A DNA stretch of 64,000 nucleotides, from IMG/VR virus record IMGVR_UViG_3300017697_000016, positions 2,903 to 66,902 of that record; one strand, written 5' to 3'. The notes beneath the pieces were generated by a model. The model searched no databases, had not been told where the DNA came from, and saw only the letters and a list, made by a program, of their open reading frames with translations. This document shows positions 18,626-26,928 of the stretch, piece by piece. Both the position numbers and the translations under genes were made by a program. Source of the DNA: a virus. Within the stretch, counting starts at the first letter, position 1. Every line of letters starts with the position of its first letter.

Positions 18626-19327
18626 TTATCCGCCTTTTGCAAAAAATACTAATGTTAATCTCGAATCTTCTTTAGTCTTGCCAAAGAAATTATTTGGAGC
18701 ATGCCACACTTTTGGATCAAATAAAATACATCTATTATAAACATTTTCAATAGTCATAGTAGGCCTAAATGTTGCACGTTGCTCTTCTCGGTATCTAGCT
18801 AGTGCAGCACGTTCATCTTCATTTGCATGTAACACATCCTTATGAAAGAAATCACTATATCGATCTGCATCGACTGCTATTTGATCTTTATAAATTGTTG
18901 TACCGCTGTTCGGAGCAGGTTCTGGATTTAAATAAATTAATCCAGAAACACTAAGAGTCGGATCATCATCGTGAACCCAGCCGTTGCCGTAAGTTTCATC
19001 AATTAAATGAAAGTTAGCCCATAGCTGTTCAAACCCTTTAAACATTGGTAAGTGTACTAGAAGTCGTTTTGCAAAGTCTTCAAAAGCTCCTTGATCAATT
19101 TGATTAAGAAATTGCGTTCGTGATCCTGGATATGTACTATCTGAAGCTAATTTATATTCTTGACTTAGTGCCAATGTCCTCCAAAGAGACGGAACATCAA
19201 AAAAGTTATCGATAATTTTTGTAGGTAAAAATTTATGTTTTCTTCGATTTTTTAAATCACGGTTTTGAATTAAGTCTACACTGTTTCTAGAATTATCCAA
19301 AATACTTTCTAAATTAACTTCTCTCAT
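18626..19327 (-). CDS. 2OG-Fe(II) oxygenase-like protein (DUF6445-like)
   Basis: IIDNFF..YPGSRT..WVHDD..GLIYL..GTTIY..YNRCILF..WH..RLTLVFF. Confidence 0.78.
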   Translation of the reverse strand: MREVNLESILDNSRNSVDLIQNRDLKNRRKHKFLPTKIIDNFFDVPSLWRTLALSQEYKLASDSTYPGSRTQFLNQIDQGAFEDFAKRLLVHLPMFKGFEQLWANFHLIDETYGNGWVHDDDPTLSVSGLIYLNPEPAPNSGTTIYKDQIAVDADRYSDFFHKDVLHANEDERAALARYREEQRATFRPTMTIENVYNRCILFDPKVWHAPNNFFGKTKEDSRLTLVFFAKGG

Positions 19328-19959
19328 CTGATTGCGTTCCCAAAAAATACTAATGTCATTCTAGCGTCTTCTTTAGTCTTGCCAAAGAAGTCATTTGCAC
19401 TATGCCAAGTACGAGGATCAAACATTACGCATCTATTATATAAGAAGTCTACTTCAGCTTCAGGAGGAAAAGTTGCACGTTGCTCTTCTCTATATTTCCA
19501 AAACTTCTTACGTTCTTCGGCATTTTCGTTTGTAACATCCTGTTGAAACATCTCTGTATAAAACTCTCCGTTAAATTCTTCAACATCTTTATAAAATGTT
19601 GTACCAGAGTGTAGCGGACATTCCGGAGTTAGGTATATAATACCTGCAACATCATGAATAGGATTGTCGTCATGGACCCAACCTCTGCCCCATGTTTCGT
19701 CAATGATCTGAAAGGTTGATTGAATTTCATCAAACCCTTTAAACATTGGAAGATGTTCTAATAATTTGCATTCTAGTACTTCGTATAACTCCATACTAAT
19801 TTCTTGCAGCATTGGTGATCTTAATCCTGGCCAAGTGCCTCGCTCTCCTTTGTAGTACTCTAACTCTAACGCCATTTTACGTATTAAGTCCGGAGTTTCA
19901 AAGAAGTTATCTACAACTGTAGTAGGGATCCAAGGAGTACCTTTACCGCGATCAGGCAT
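19324..19959 (-). CDS. 2OG-Fe(II) oxygenase-like protein (DUF6445-like), paralogue of the adjacent gene
   Basis: VVDNFF..WPGLRS..WVHDD..GIIYL..YNRCVMF..WH..RMTLVFF. Confidence 0.78.
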   Translation of the reverse strand: MPDRGKGTPWIPTTVVDNFFETPDLIRKMALELEYYKGERGTWPGLRSPMLQEISMELYEVLECKLLEHLPMFKGFDEIQSTFQIIDETWGRGWVHDDNPIHDVAGIIYLTPECPLHSGTTFYKDVEEFNGEFYTEMFQQDVTNENAEERKKFWKYREEQRATFPPEAEVDFLYNRCVMFDPRTWHSANDFFGKTKEDARMTLVFFGNAIR

Positions 19960-20537
19960 TATATCTTCTCCGCAGTAAAGTTCATTGTTAATACAATTCT
20001 ACTAGGTAGCATCTTAGGACACGTACTAGCATGATAGTGTCTACCATTAAATACTGCAAACTTTCCCATTTCTGGAGCAACATCAACACGTGGAACATAT
20101 TTTTCAGAAGCTTCAGTTTGATCAAAGATTACAGTATCGCCATCACTTTTATTTAAGTAGTACAATGCAGTGTAGTGATCAAAATCACAATCAACATGAG
20201 GCTGATTATAAACATAAGGCTGACTCGGTAAATTGTATCTAGTTTTTAATAAAAACCCTAACCTAAAACGAATTACTCCAATTGGTTTCAGTCCTGCTGC
20301 TGCGCATCCGTTTTCGAATACTGGTTTAAACATTTCAAAGTAATCACTTTGTGTTCCGTTATTGTTAAACAACAAATGTGTAAAGCCTGGGGTATTTGCT
20401 CCGGGCTTAGTTGCTCTTTCATAAGTTGTATCTTCTAAATAGTGCCACGGAAATGTAACATCAGTAACAGCATTGTATAATTTTTTCTGATATTCGCTGT
20501 CAACAATGTTAGAAAATTCTTGTAATTCAATTGCCAT
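19959..20537 (-). CDS. 2OG-Fe(II) oxygenase (HxD type)
   Basis: PHVD..LYYLNKSDGDT..YHAST..RIVLTMN; likely start MAIELQ at 20537. Confidence 0.82.
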   Translation of the reverse strand: MAIELQEFSNIVDSEYQKKLYNAVTDVTFPWHYLEDTTYERATKPGANTPGFTHLLFNNNGTQSDYFEMFKPVFENGCAAAGLKPIGVIRFRLGFLLKTRYNLPSQPYVYNQPHVDCDFDHYTALYYLNKSDGDTVIFDQTEASEKYVPRVDVAPEMGKFAVFNGRHYHASTCPKMLPSRIVLTMNFTAEKI

Positions 20538-21252
20538 TTTTATTAATCCTATACTTGTTTCTATCGACTGCATTAGTTGGTGCATCAGTTTTTAATCTTT
20601 GCCAACACGGAATACTAATAGATAGTCTAGTATTAGTTGGCTCTGCAATATGATATGCTCTTGACGGAATGTACAATGCATCACCTGGTTCAAGGGTAAC
20701 ATCAATTGCTGCACGTAGTGCATTATTATTTACTCTTCCATTCATTCGTCCAGTTGCAAATAGGCTTGAAATCCTATTTTCAAATACTTTCCAGTGTGTT
20801 GTGCCTTCTACTTGAATAATAAAATTTGACGGATAGTCGTCATGTACTGAAAAAGAACTGTGTGATTTTAGTCCTGCATATACATGAATAGCTGCATGAA
20901 CATCAAACATTTCTTCAAATCGACTTAGTAATTCATTTGTATAATCATTATGAAATCCGTAATTAGTAATTACTAACCCGGCGCCGTTATTTACTTTGTC
21001 AAAAATAAATTGCTTATCTTGTACAGGCTTATAGTAGTTCCACGCCTTTTGATGTTCTGGTATTACAATCTTATTACAATGTTCGTCAATTAGTTCAAAC
21101 TCGTAAAAGTTTGTGTTATTCATGCAATCTTCTACATCATTCCACGTTACTAGCTGTTCGGGATTACTAATAAAGTTTTTAAAATAACATGGCTTGTCAT
21201 CATTTTCTAAATCAACTTTAGTAAAGATCTTTTCTGCTAAGTCATGATACAT
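20527..21252 (-). CDS. JmjC / cupin_4 oxygenase (YcfD/NO66-like protein hydroxylase family)
   Basis: SFSVHDD..NFIIQVEG..W..LEPGDALYIP..YH..RLSIS. Confidence 0.82.
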   Translation of the reverse strand: MYHDLAEKIFTKVDLENDDKPCYFKNFISNPEQLVTWNDVEDCMNNTNFYEFELIDEHCNKIVIPEHQKAWNYYKPVQDKQFIFDKVNNGAGLVITNYGFHNDYTNELLSRFEEMFDVHAAIHVYAGLKSHSSFSVHDDYPSNFIIQVEGTTHWKVFENRISSLFATGRMNGRVNNNALRAAIDVTLEPGDALYIPSRAYHIAEPTNTRLSISIPCWQRLKTDAPTNAVDRNKYRINKNGN

Positions 21253-21835
21253 CTACAATCTCCAAATTAAAAGCTAGTGACACTCTTTCTTCTTCGGTTT
21301 GACTAGGCAATACTCCGTGCGGTAGGTACGAAGGGAACAACACCATTCTTCCATCTCTAGGTGGATATCGGCAGGTGGCTCCACTAATAGCAGTATGTGT
21401 GTCAATGTGTGCTGCTGATGCGATGATATGATCCTCGCTTGTATTTTTATAGAAAACAATGTCGCTTGCATTATTTGGAACAGTTACGTAGAACGTGCCT
21501 GATAAAAAAGAGCCAGCGTGAGTATGAATTTGATTTGAGTGACCTTTGCCGTTAACATTGAACCATAAATTGAGCATTTTAAATTTGTAACCTGGTGCGT
21601 AACCGTAGTCGCCTAAGCAGCGTTCAGAAGCACCTAAAATATAATCTATTAATGTGCTAAGTTCATTATGATCGCCGCCTTTAAAGTCTGCCGACTGCCA
21701 TCCTCCATTATTACTAATTTGTCTGCCATTAGGGTCTTCGTCGCGAAGTCGTTGACATAGCGCTCTTATAGGTTCAAGGTTTATATTTGTGTCATCCCAC
21801 CAAATCGGTGTAGGAAAATAAAAATCTAAATTCAT
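21242..21835 (-). CDS. 2OG-Fe(II) oxygenase (HxH type)
   Basis: SNNGGWQS..WFNVN..HTH..LSGTFY..FPSYLPHGV..RVSLAFN. Confidence 0.85.
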   Translation of the reverse strand: MNLDFYFPTPIWWDDTNINLEPIRALCQRLRDEDPNGRQISNNGGWQSADFKGGDHNELSTLIDYILGASERCLGDYGYAPGYKFKMLNLWFNVNGKGHSNQIHTHAGSFLSGTFYVTVPNNASDIVFYKNTSEDHIIASAAHIDTHTAISGATCRYPPRDGRMVLFPSYLPHGVLPSQTEEERVSLAFNLEIVDVS

Positions 21836-22647
21836 TTAAAAAAATCCTGTGCTGTCATTATACTGTGTTGAAAGGCGAATGTGTGACTCCATCTAAAATC
21901 TATACTATCTTCGATATACGGACAGTGCGGGGTACTAGATTTATACATTGTTAATTTAGAATATTCTGCAGGAACCATTCCTACTTTAACAAACCCAAAC
22001 TCAGCTGCTTCGTCGTCAGTCCAATTAGTCCACTTAGATAAACGTTTAGTTGTAGAAAGTTCTTTATACCTCTTATACATAGGATGTAATTCGTCAACTT
22101 GGAAGTCATAAAAACTAGCAAAGTTGCCATCATTTTTTCCAAATAACTCGTGAACTTGTCCTTTGTACTCGTATAAGTTTGTACCTGTAGTACCTAGAGC
22201 GTGATCTGAAAACCACAAATTTCCAACTATACCATGCGGATAATCTACGTGAGCCATTCTAAATGCATCAATGGGCTTACTTTTATTTTTCCAATACAAA
22301 TTCCCCCATTCGTGTACTTCTTCATTTGCAGAATACGGTTCGATATTATTTTTATAAAAATTAATAATTAAATTAATAACACCTTGCGTCATCCACTGCG
22401 GTAAATGTATTGTGTCAAACGGATTTGGATCAGTGCATGTATCTGCATTATTATTAATAGACACTGGAAAGGTAGATACAAGTTCTTTATATTTTTCAAA
22501 TCCGTCTGCTTGAAACGGGTTGTCAGCAATCCAATATCCTGTACTATCGGTAAGCGAAACGTATTCTACTTTCCAATCTTCTAATAGCTTTAATTTAATT
22601 TCTTGATCAAATGTATTAGCATCAGGGTTGCAAAATCTAAATTCCAT
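21832..22647 (-). CDS. Putative 2OG-Fe(II) oxygenase-like protein
   Basis: AHVD..GNLWF..GTNLY..PHCPY..RWSHTF; start MEFRF coupled by TAATG. Confidence 0.62.
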   Translation of the reverse strand: MEFRFCNPDANTFDQEIKLKLLEDWKVEYVSLTDSTGYWIADNPFQADGFEKYKELVSTFPVSINNNADTCTDPNPFDTIHLPQWMTQGVINLIINFYKNNIEPYSANEEVHEWGNLYWKNKSKPIDAFRMAHVDYPHGIVGNLWFSDHALGTTGTNLYEYKGQVHELFGKNDGNFASFYDFQVDELHPMYKRYKELSTTKRLSKWTNWTDDEAAEFGFVKVGMVPAEYSKLTMYKSSTPHCPYIEDSIDFRWSHTFAFQHSIMTAQDFFK

Positions 22648-23243
22648 TATCCAACATTCCACGTCATTACTATTCGTTCTTCATCTGTATTGTTCGGCTG
22701 TGTTCTATGTTTTAACCAGGCCGGAAAAATTAAAACATCATTTGTTTTGCATGGAATGGATTTCCATAAAGTCTCTTCAGGATCCATAGGCGTATTACCT
22801 TTATGATATTCTAACGGGTCTCTAAACTCAATATATCCACTATCTTTTGGAAGATTTAAATATGATGTAACTACAAACAATGCTTGATTATGATTATGCT
22901 CAAGCGTTACGCCTGTTTTTTTGTGCGTGTTGATCCAAGAATTTAAAACAGTAGCATCGCTATTAGCCCTAAATTCAAACTCTTTCCACATAAAGTCAAT
23001 AGGTTGAATTAACCACTCTCTAAAGTCTTCAAGTACATCCCACATGTGTGGAGGATAGCTTTGTTGAGAGGCTGTCGAAAATGCTTGTCCTTGCTCTAAT
23101 AAAGAATTTTCTGGTGTCTTTTGTTTTACTTCTTCAATTAAAGGCAAAAGTGTGCTATATGGAAATTCGTAATTAAATTTCCATATTAGCCTTGGGAAGG
23201 GATCTGCTAGTGTCCCATTAAGCGGGGGCAAGTGACGTTTCAT
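22647..23243 (-). CDS. 2OG-Fe(II) oxygenase (HxH type)
   Basis: SWIN..EHNH..IEFRDP..FPAWLKHRT..RIVMTWN. Confidence 0.85.
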   Translation of the reverse strand: MKRHLPPLNGTLADPFPRLIWKFNYEFPYSTLLPLIEEVKQKTPENSLLEQGQAFSTASQQSYPPHMWDVLEDFREWLIQPIDFMWKEFEFRANSDATVLNSWINTHKKTGVTLEHNHNQALFVVTSYLNLPKDSGYIEFRDPLEYHKGNTPMDPEETLWKSIPCKTNDVLIFPAWLKHRTQPNNTDEERIVMTWNVG

Positions 23244-23463
23244 ACGTTTCTTTAGCTAACTCTAAGCCTAAAATAACACCTTGCATTTTGGTAGTATCTT
23301 CTAGCAGCTCTTGTCGCTCTGAGAAGTCAATTGTTGTAATTCCGTATGGATTTAACTTAGTATCGCTAAATTCTGTTTCTAATTCTTTTAATCGTGCTAA
23401 CTTTTCGTCTAGTTGCGCTTGAACTTTAGTAGTCGCAATATTAAGCTCTGTAATGTAGTCCAT
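23218..23463 (-). CDS. Hypothetical coiled-coil protein (81 aa)
   Basis: AGGAG SD, heptad-like Leu/Glu pattern, upstream TAAGTA promoter variant at 23485-23490. Confidence 0.65.
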   Translation of the reverse strand: MDYITELNIATTKVQAQLDEKLARLKELETEFSDTKLNPYGITTIDFSERQELLEDTTKMQGVILGLELAKETYETSLAPA

Positions 23464-24233
23464 AATGTTTTTCTCCTGTGTTTATACTTATTCATCACTG
23501 AATTTGTTCGTTTTAATCTTGACTTCAGTGTGTCGTCATGTACTACGCTCCTATTAGCGTAGTTAAATGCTTTTTCTAATAGCTTGTCATCTTCATTAGC
23601 ATCGTCGCATATTAAATCAATATTTGAAATGCCAAAACTTCTTGGTACTGGAATATATTGACACAACGGCGTTCCTGCTTTAACAATTGTCGTTCCGTTA
23701 AGTACATGCCAGTATAATTGAACATTAACAACGTGTGCATGCCGCGGATCTAAAATACCTTGTGCTGCTGTAAATCTTGCTTCATTGTTATACGGTATAG
23801 GCAATTGCAATAGTAGTACATCGTCTGATGCTTTTAATCTCCAAGGAGTATCTATTTTAACTGCTACACTAAGTGACTTGGTAGGGTCATCTAACGTAGG
23901 AGCTGTTTGATGCTGATTGTGTGAGCCTACGTAACGTTCACTACCAGGGCCACCTTCTGTATTAAATCTCATTGCTTCGCCTGCAATGAAATCTATTTTA
24001 CTACCGTCTGTTTTAATTTCAAAGTCAGCAGGAGCACGTAAGATATATCCCATTGATACTAGCTTAGTAATACCAGGACAATTCTTAGTATGCATATTTC
24101 CGTTTTCAGGATCAGGTGGATCGTTGCGTTGCATCCATTCACGTTTTACTTTATGTGCAGGAATAATTGGTACAACTTCTGGTACACCCGGTTCTAACGA
24201 ATAAAATCTTATCCAAGGCTTTTCTTTAAACAT
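23409..24233 (-). CDS. Conserved-looking phage hypothetical protein (KxCPG motif; possible dUTPase-like beta fold)
   Basis: TKNCPGI..GYILRAP..KIDTPW..KAGTPLCQYIP; likely start ATG 24233 with GGTGG SD. Confidence 0.6.
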   Translation of the reverse strand: MFKEKPWIRFYSLEPGVPEVVPIIPAHKVKREWMQRNDPPDPENGNMHTKNCPGITKLVSMGYILRAPADFEIKTDGSKIDFIAGEAMRFNTEGGPGSERYVGSHNQHQTAPTLDDPTKSLSVAVKIDTPWRLKASDDVLLLQLPIPYNNEARFTAAQGILDPRHAHVVNVQLYWHVLNGTTIVKAGTPLCQYIPVPRSFGISNIDLICDDANEDDKLLEKAFNYANRSVVHDDTLKSRLKRTNSVMNKYKHRRKTLWTTLQSLILRLLKFKRN

Positions 24234-24251
24234 TATTTTTACCACCGTGTA

Positions 24252-24329
24252 AGTATGGGTAGTAGTACAGAATTTGACAAAAGTATCCGGTGTATACTGA
24301 TCAGGATAGATAGTAGATATTTCTGATCA
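24252..24329 (-). pseudogene. Relic fragment of a halogenase paralogue
   Basis: Translates *SEISTIYPDQYTPDTFVKFCTTTHT, aligning without gaps to Hal4 WGKLSSLYPEEFTPETFARMYCPTNT (25618-25695). Confidence 0.55.
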
Positions 24330-24345
24330 AAGTTCTGTACTACTA
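24260..24345. repeat. Long imperfect inverted repeat (hairpin)
   Basis: Perfect 13-bp arms TAGTAGTACAGAA (24260-24272) / TTCTGTACTACTA (24333-24345), extendable inward to about 28 bp with bulges. Confidence 0.85.
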
Positions 24346-24399
24346 GTGCGACAATAATATAAGGACATGTTTTTATAAAATTTACAAAAACTAACATCA

Positions 24400-26025
24400 T
24401 TAATCCTTAAAGTTGTCAACACCTCCATAGATGTTCTCTTTTAAATATTCGTAATGCGAAGGTAGCTTACTTACATAGTCTGCTAACCATTCTTGATGTT
24501 GATGATAACGTCTTCTAGAATCTTCAAGTCTTCCAGATGCATCTGGCACTCCTCTTGCTACTTGATTATTAACTTCTTCAAGTACAAGTTCCTTGGTTGA
24601 AATATTTCTTACACCCATGCCAGCTGCAATATAATTATTACCTTGTTGAGTTTCTTGATAAACATTGCCGCCGCTAATAGCACCAAGAAGATTAGTATAA
24701 CTGTTTTGCTGAGGTAAAAAGTCATTAAACGCAATAGGATGATAAACAACCGTTTGTGTTACGTATCTCCAATACGGAGTATCTGTTCTTCTAGAAAGTG
24801 CATAGTGCTGAGAAACAAAGTCTCGGAACGCTAGTAAGTCATATTCGACAGCATAATTGTATCCATCTCGTTCAGCTTGTGTACAATATCCGTCTCTTCT
24901 ATTTAAAACATCAACTAATTTAATAATGTTTTCATGTGTTGTTAATAGTCCTGTAGATTCTAAAGGTTCAACAAATCCGTAGCTTAGGCCAATACCAACA
25001 ACATTCTGAGCCCAGGCTTTACGTCTACGGCCGTGCTTAATGTCAATCTGTGACATTTGTGCCGCATCAGCAATTTCTTTACCATGTACTTCTTCTAAGT
25101 GTGCTCTAAATTCATTCATTGCACCTTCTAAGGAAACAAATCTACTAGAATAAACATACCCAGTGCCAATGCGATGCCATAGCGGAATGTTCCATACCCA
25201 ACCGTTACCAAGTGCATGACAGTCAGTAACATTGTGCATTTGTTCTTCTCTATTCGTGTAAGGAAGTCTACATGCTAGAGCTTTGTCATTCTGCAAATGC
25301 GGAGTAAATGGGATAAATTGTTCGCCGAGCCATTTCTCTAATAATAAAGATTTAAACCCAGTACAATCAATAAACAAATCAGCTTGTACGCCATTACCGT
25401 TTGATAACATGATACTTGTGAAGTATCCTCTAGAATCTTGATTATAAGAATGAACAGTTCCAAGAGTATGTGTAACCCCGTTTGGAATACAAATTTCAGT
25501 CTTTAAATACTGTCCAAATGCTGTTGCATCCATATGATAAGCAGTATCGTATGTAAAGTCATAATTTCTTAGTTTGCCTTCTTCGTCTCTAGTTTGTTTA
25601 TTTTGTTCAGCTAACGCAGTGTTAGTTGGACAATACATTCTTGCAAACGTTTCTGGAGTAAACTCTTCAGGGTACAACGACGATAGTTTACCCCATGTTT
25701 GTAATCCGTCATGTGCGTCAGTATAATCATAGCCACTACCGAACGGATATTCAAAACTTGTGTTGTCGTTATCTCTAAAATTTGTAAAGCGAATAGAGTT
25801 TTTGTATGTAGCGTTACACGCAGCCATCCAATCTTTATCTTCTAATCCAAGTAATCTTAAAAATCTATTAATATGTCCTAACGTACTTTCGCCGACGCCA
25901 ACAGTAGCATAATCTTCTGATTCGACTAATTCTACTTCAAGATGCGGACATAGTTTTGCTAATGCTGCGGCTGTCATCCATCCTGATGATCCGCCGCCAA
26001 TGATTGCAACTTTTTTAATGTGCAT
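24400..26025 (-). CDS. prnA: Flavin-dependent tryptophan-halogenase-family protein (Hal4)
   Basis: GGGSSG, VGVGEST, ATYKNSIRF, WVWNIP, FVEPLESTG; AGGAG SD. Confidence 0.92.
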   Translation of the reverse strand: MHIKKVAIIGGGSSGWMTAAALAKLCPHLEVELVESEDYATVGVGESTLGHINRFLRLLGLEDKDWMAACNATYKNSIRFTNFRDNDNTSFEYPFGSGYDYTDAHDGLQTWGKLSSLYPEEFTPETFARMYCPTNTALAEQNKQTRDEEGKLRNYDFTYDTAYHMDATAFGQYLKTEICIPNGVTHTLGTVHSYNQDSRGYFTSIMLSNGNGVQADLFIDCTGFKSLLLEKWLGEQFIPFTPHLQNDKALACRLPYTNREEQMHNVTDCHALGNGWVWNIPLWHRIGTGYVYSSRFVSLEGAMNEFRAHLEEVHGKEIADAAQMSQIDIKHGRRRKAWAQNVVGIGLSYGFVEPLESTGLLTTHENIIKLVDVLNRRDGYCTQAERDGYNYAVEYDLLAFRDFVSQHYALSRRTDTPYWRYVTQTVVYHPIAFNDFLPQQNSYTNLLGAISGGNVYQETQQGNNYIAAGMGVRNISTKELVLEEVNNQVARGVPDASGRLEDSRRRYHQHQEWLADYVSKLPSHYEYLKENIYGGVDNFKD

Positions 26026-26055
26026 TATTATCTCCTGATGATTTGTATACGCAAA

Positions 26056-26061
26056 TATTTA
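26056..26061 (-). promoter_or_regulatory. Late promoter TATAAATA for the Hal4-oxygenase operon
   Basis: Full TATAAATA (tatttata 26056-26063) 30 nt upstream of the Hal4 start. Confidence 0.7.
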
Positions 26062-26094
26062 TAGTGTTACTATGTTACCAGATGCAAATGTGGT

Positions 26095-26124
26095 AAAAAA
26101 ACAGGAGATAAACTCCTGTTTTTT
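26095..26124. terminator. Bidirectional-type Rho-independent terminator
   Basis: AAAAAAACAGGAG-ATAAA-CTCCTGTTTTTT. Confidence 0.8.
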
Positions 26125-26145
26125 CTAAATTAATTTTAAATTAGA

Positions 26146-26391
26146 TTAAGTAGCTACACGCCACGAAGGGTTAATTGATGCTACTTCTGTTACTCTAGAA
26201 TCTCCTCTTGGGATAGTACCAATATATAATCTTCTGTCATTATTGTACACTAGTGTTAAGTCACTGCCGTCATAATTTACTACCATATTATCTTTCTTTT
26301 CAAAAGATACTAACGGTACTGAGACCGTTTTTCCTGTTTCTACAATGTCAAGTAATACCGGACTTACTGCTTCTAATTGTGGTAATGCCAT
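26146..26391 (-). CDS. Hypothetical protein (81 aa)
   Basis: TAATG-coupled to the upstream ORF; ends just before the terminator. Confidence 0.65.
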   Translation of the reverse strand: MALPQLEAVSPVLLDIVETGKTVSVPLVSFEKKDNMVVNYDGSDLTLVYNNDRRLYIGTIPRGDSRVTEVASINPSWRVAT

Positions 26392-26927
26392 TATTCAATC
26401 TCCCCATGTAGGTCATTTGCTGTTCCAATGTCTGGATTGCTATATCCGTGCCACCCTGTATATCTTACCCAACACGGTTGTGTTTCGTTAGATAGTTTTG
26501 GTTGTGAATTTACACTAGGTTCCATTACTGCTTCTAATGCCATCATTTCCTCCGGAGTCATATCTTCATCTCTTTCGGGTGGCGGATCTAAGGTTGCCTT
26601 AACTGTAGCAATGTGCGATGCCCATGGACCACTTGCTGAAATACTTCCAGTATCTTGTAGTTCATGAAACAACATATCTAGTTGCTCGCCTACTTCTCCA
26701 TAAGCAATTGATCTTGCTAGTGTAGGATCAGTTGGAGGTGCGTCTCTTTCACACCATACCATTGTGTTTTGTGCTGGGCTCCATTCAAGTGTCCAGTACA
26801 GTGTTACATCATCGGGTGCATCTACCCATTGGATAGTAGCATCTGGGCCGTTATAAATCTCAAAGTCGTCGCCCGGCTCTTCGATTTGATGGATGTATCC
26901 CATTTGACTCATTAGTGCTTTTTTCAT
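26391..26927 (-). CDS. Putative tail-fibre assembly/accessory protein
   Basis: RSIAYGEVGEQLDMLFH..W..HIATVK motif of the type seen next to phage fibre genes; follows the Gly-rich trio. Confidence 0.5.
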   Translation of the reverse strand: MKKALMSQMGYIHQIEEPGDDFEIYNGPDATIQWVDAPDDVTLYWTLEWSPAQNTMVWCERDAPPTDPTLARSIAYGEVGEQLDMLFHELQDTGSISASGPWASHIATVKATLDPPPERDEDMTPEEMMALEAVMEPSVNSQPKLSNETQPCWVRYTGWHGYSNPDIGTANDLHGEIE

Positions 26928-26928
26928 G

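Noticed and set aside
11168-23243. DNA hypermodification (TET/JBP-type) role for the oxygenases
   Set aside because: No TET/JBP, methyltransferase or glycosyltransferase signature nearby and the context is late/structural; not excluded, but unsupported
24327-24329. TGA recoded as Trp (alternative genetic code)
   Set aside because: TGA terminates many genes here in ATGA overlaps, and Trp is encoded by TGG throughout
24252-25695. Diversity-generating retroelement TR/VR pair
   Set aside because: Differences are not adenine-specific, identity is too low, and no reverse transcriptase is in the window
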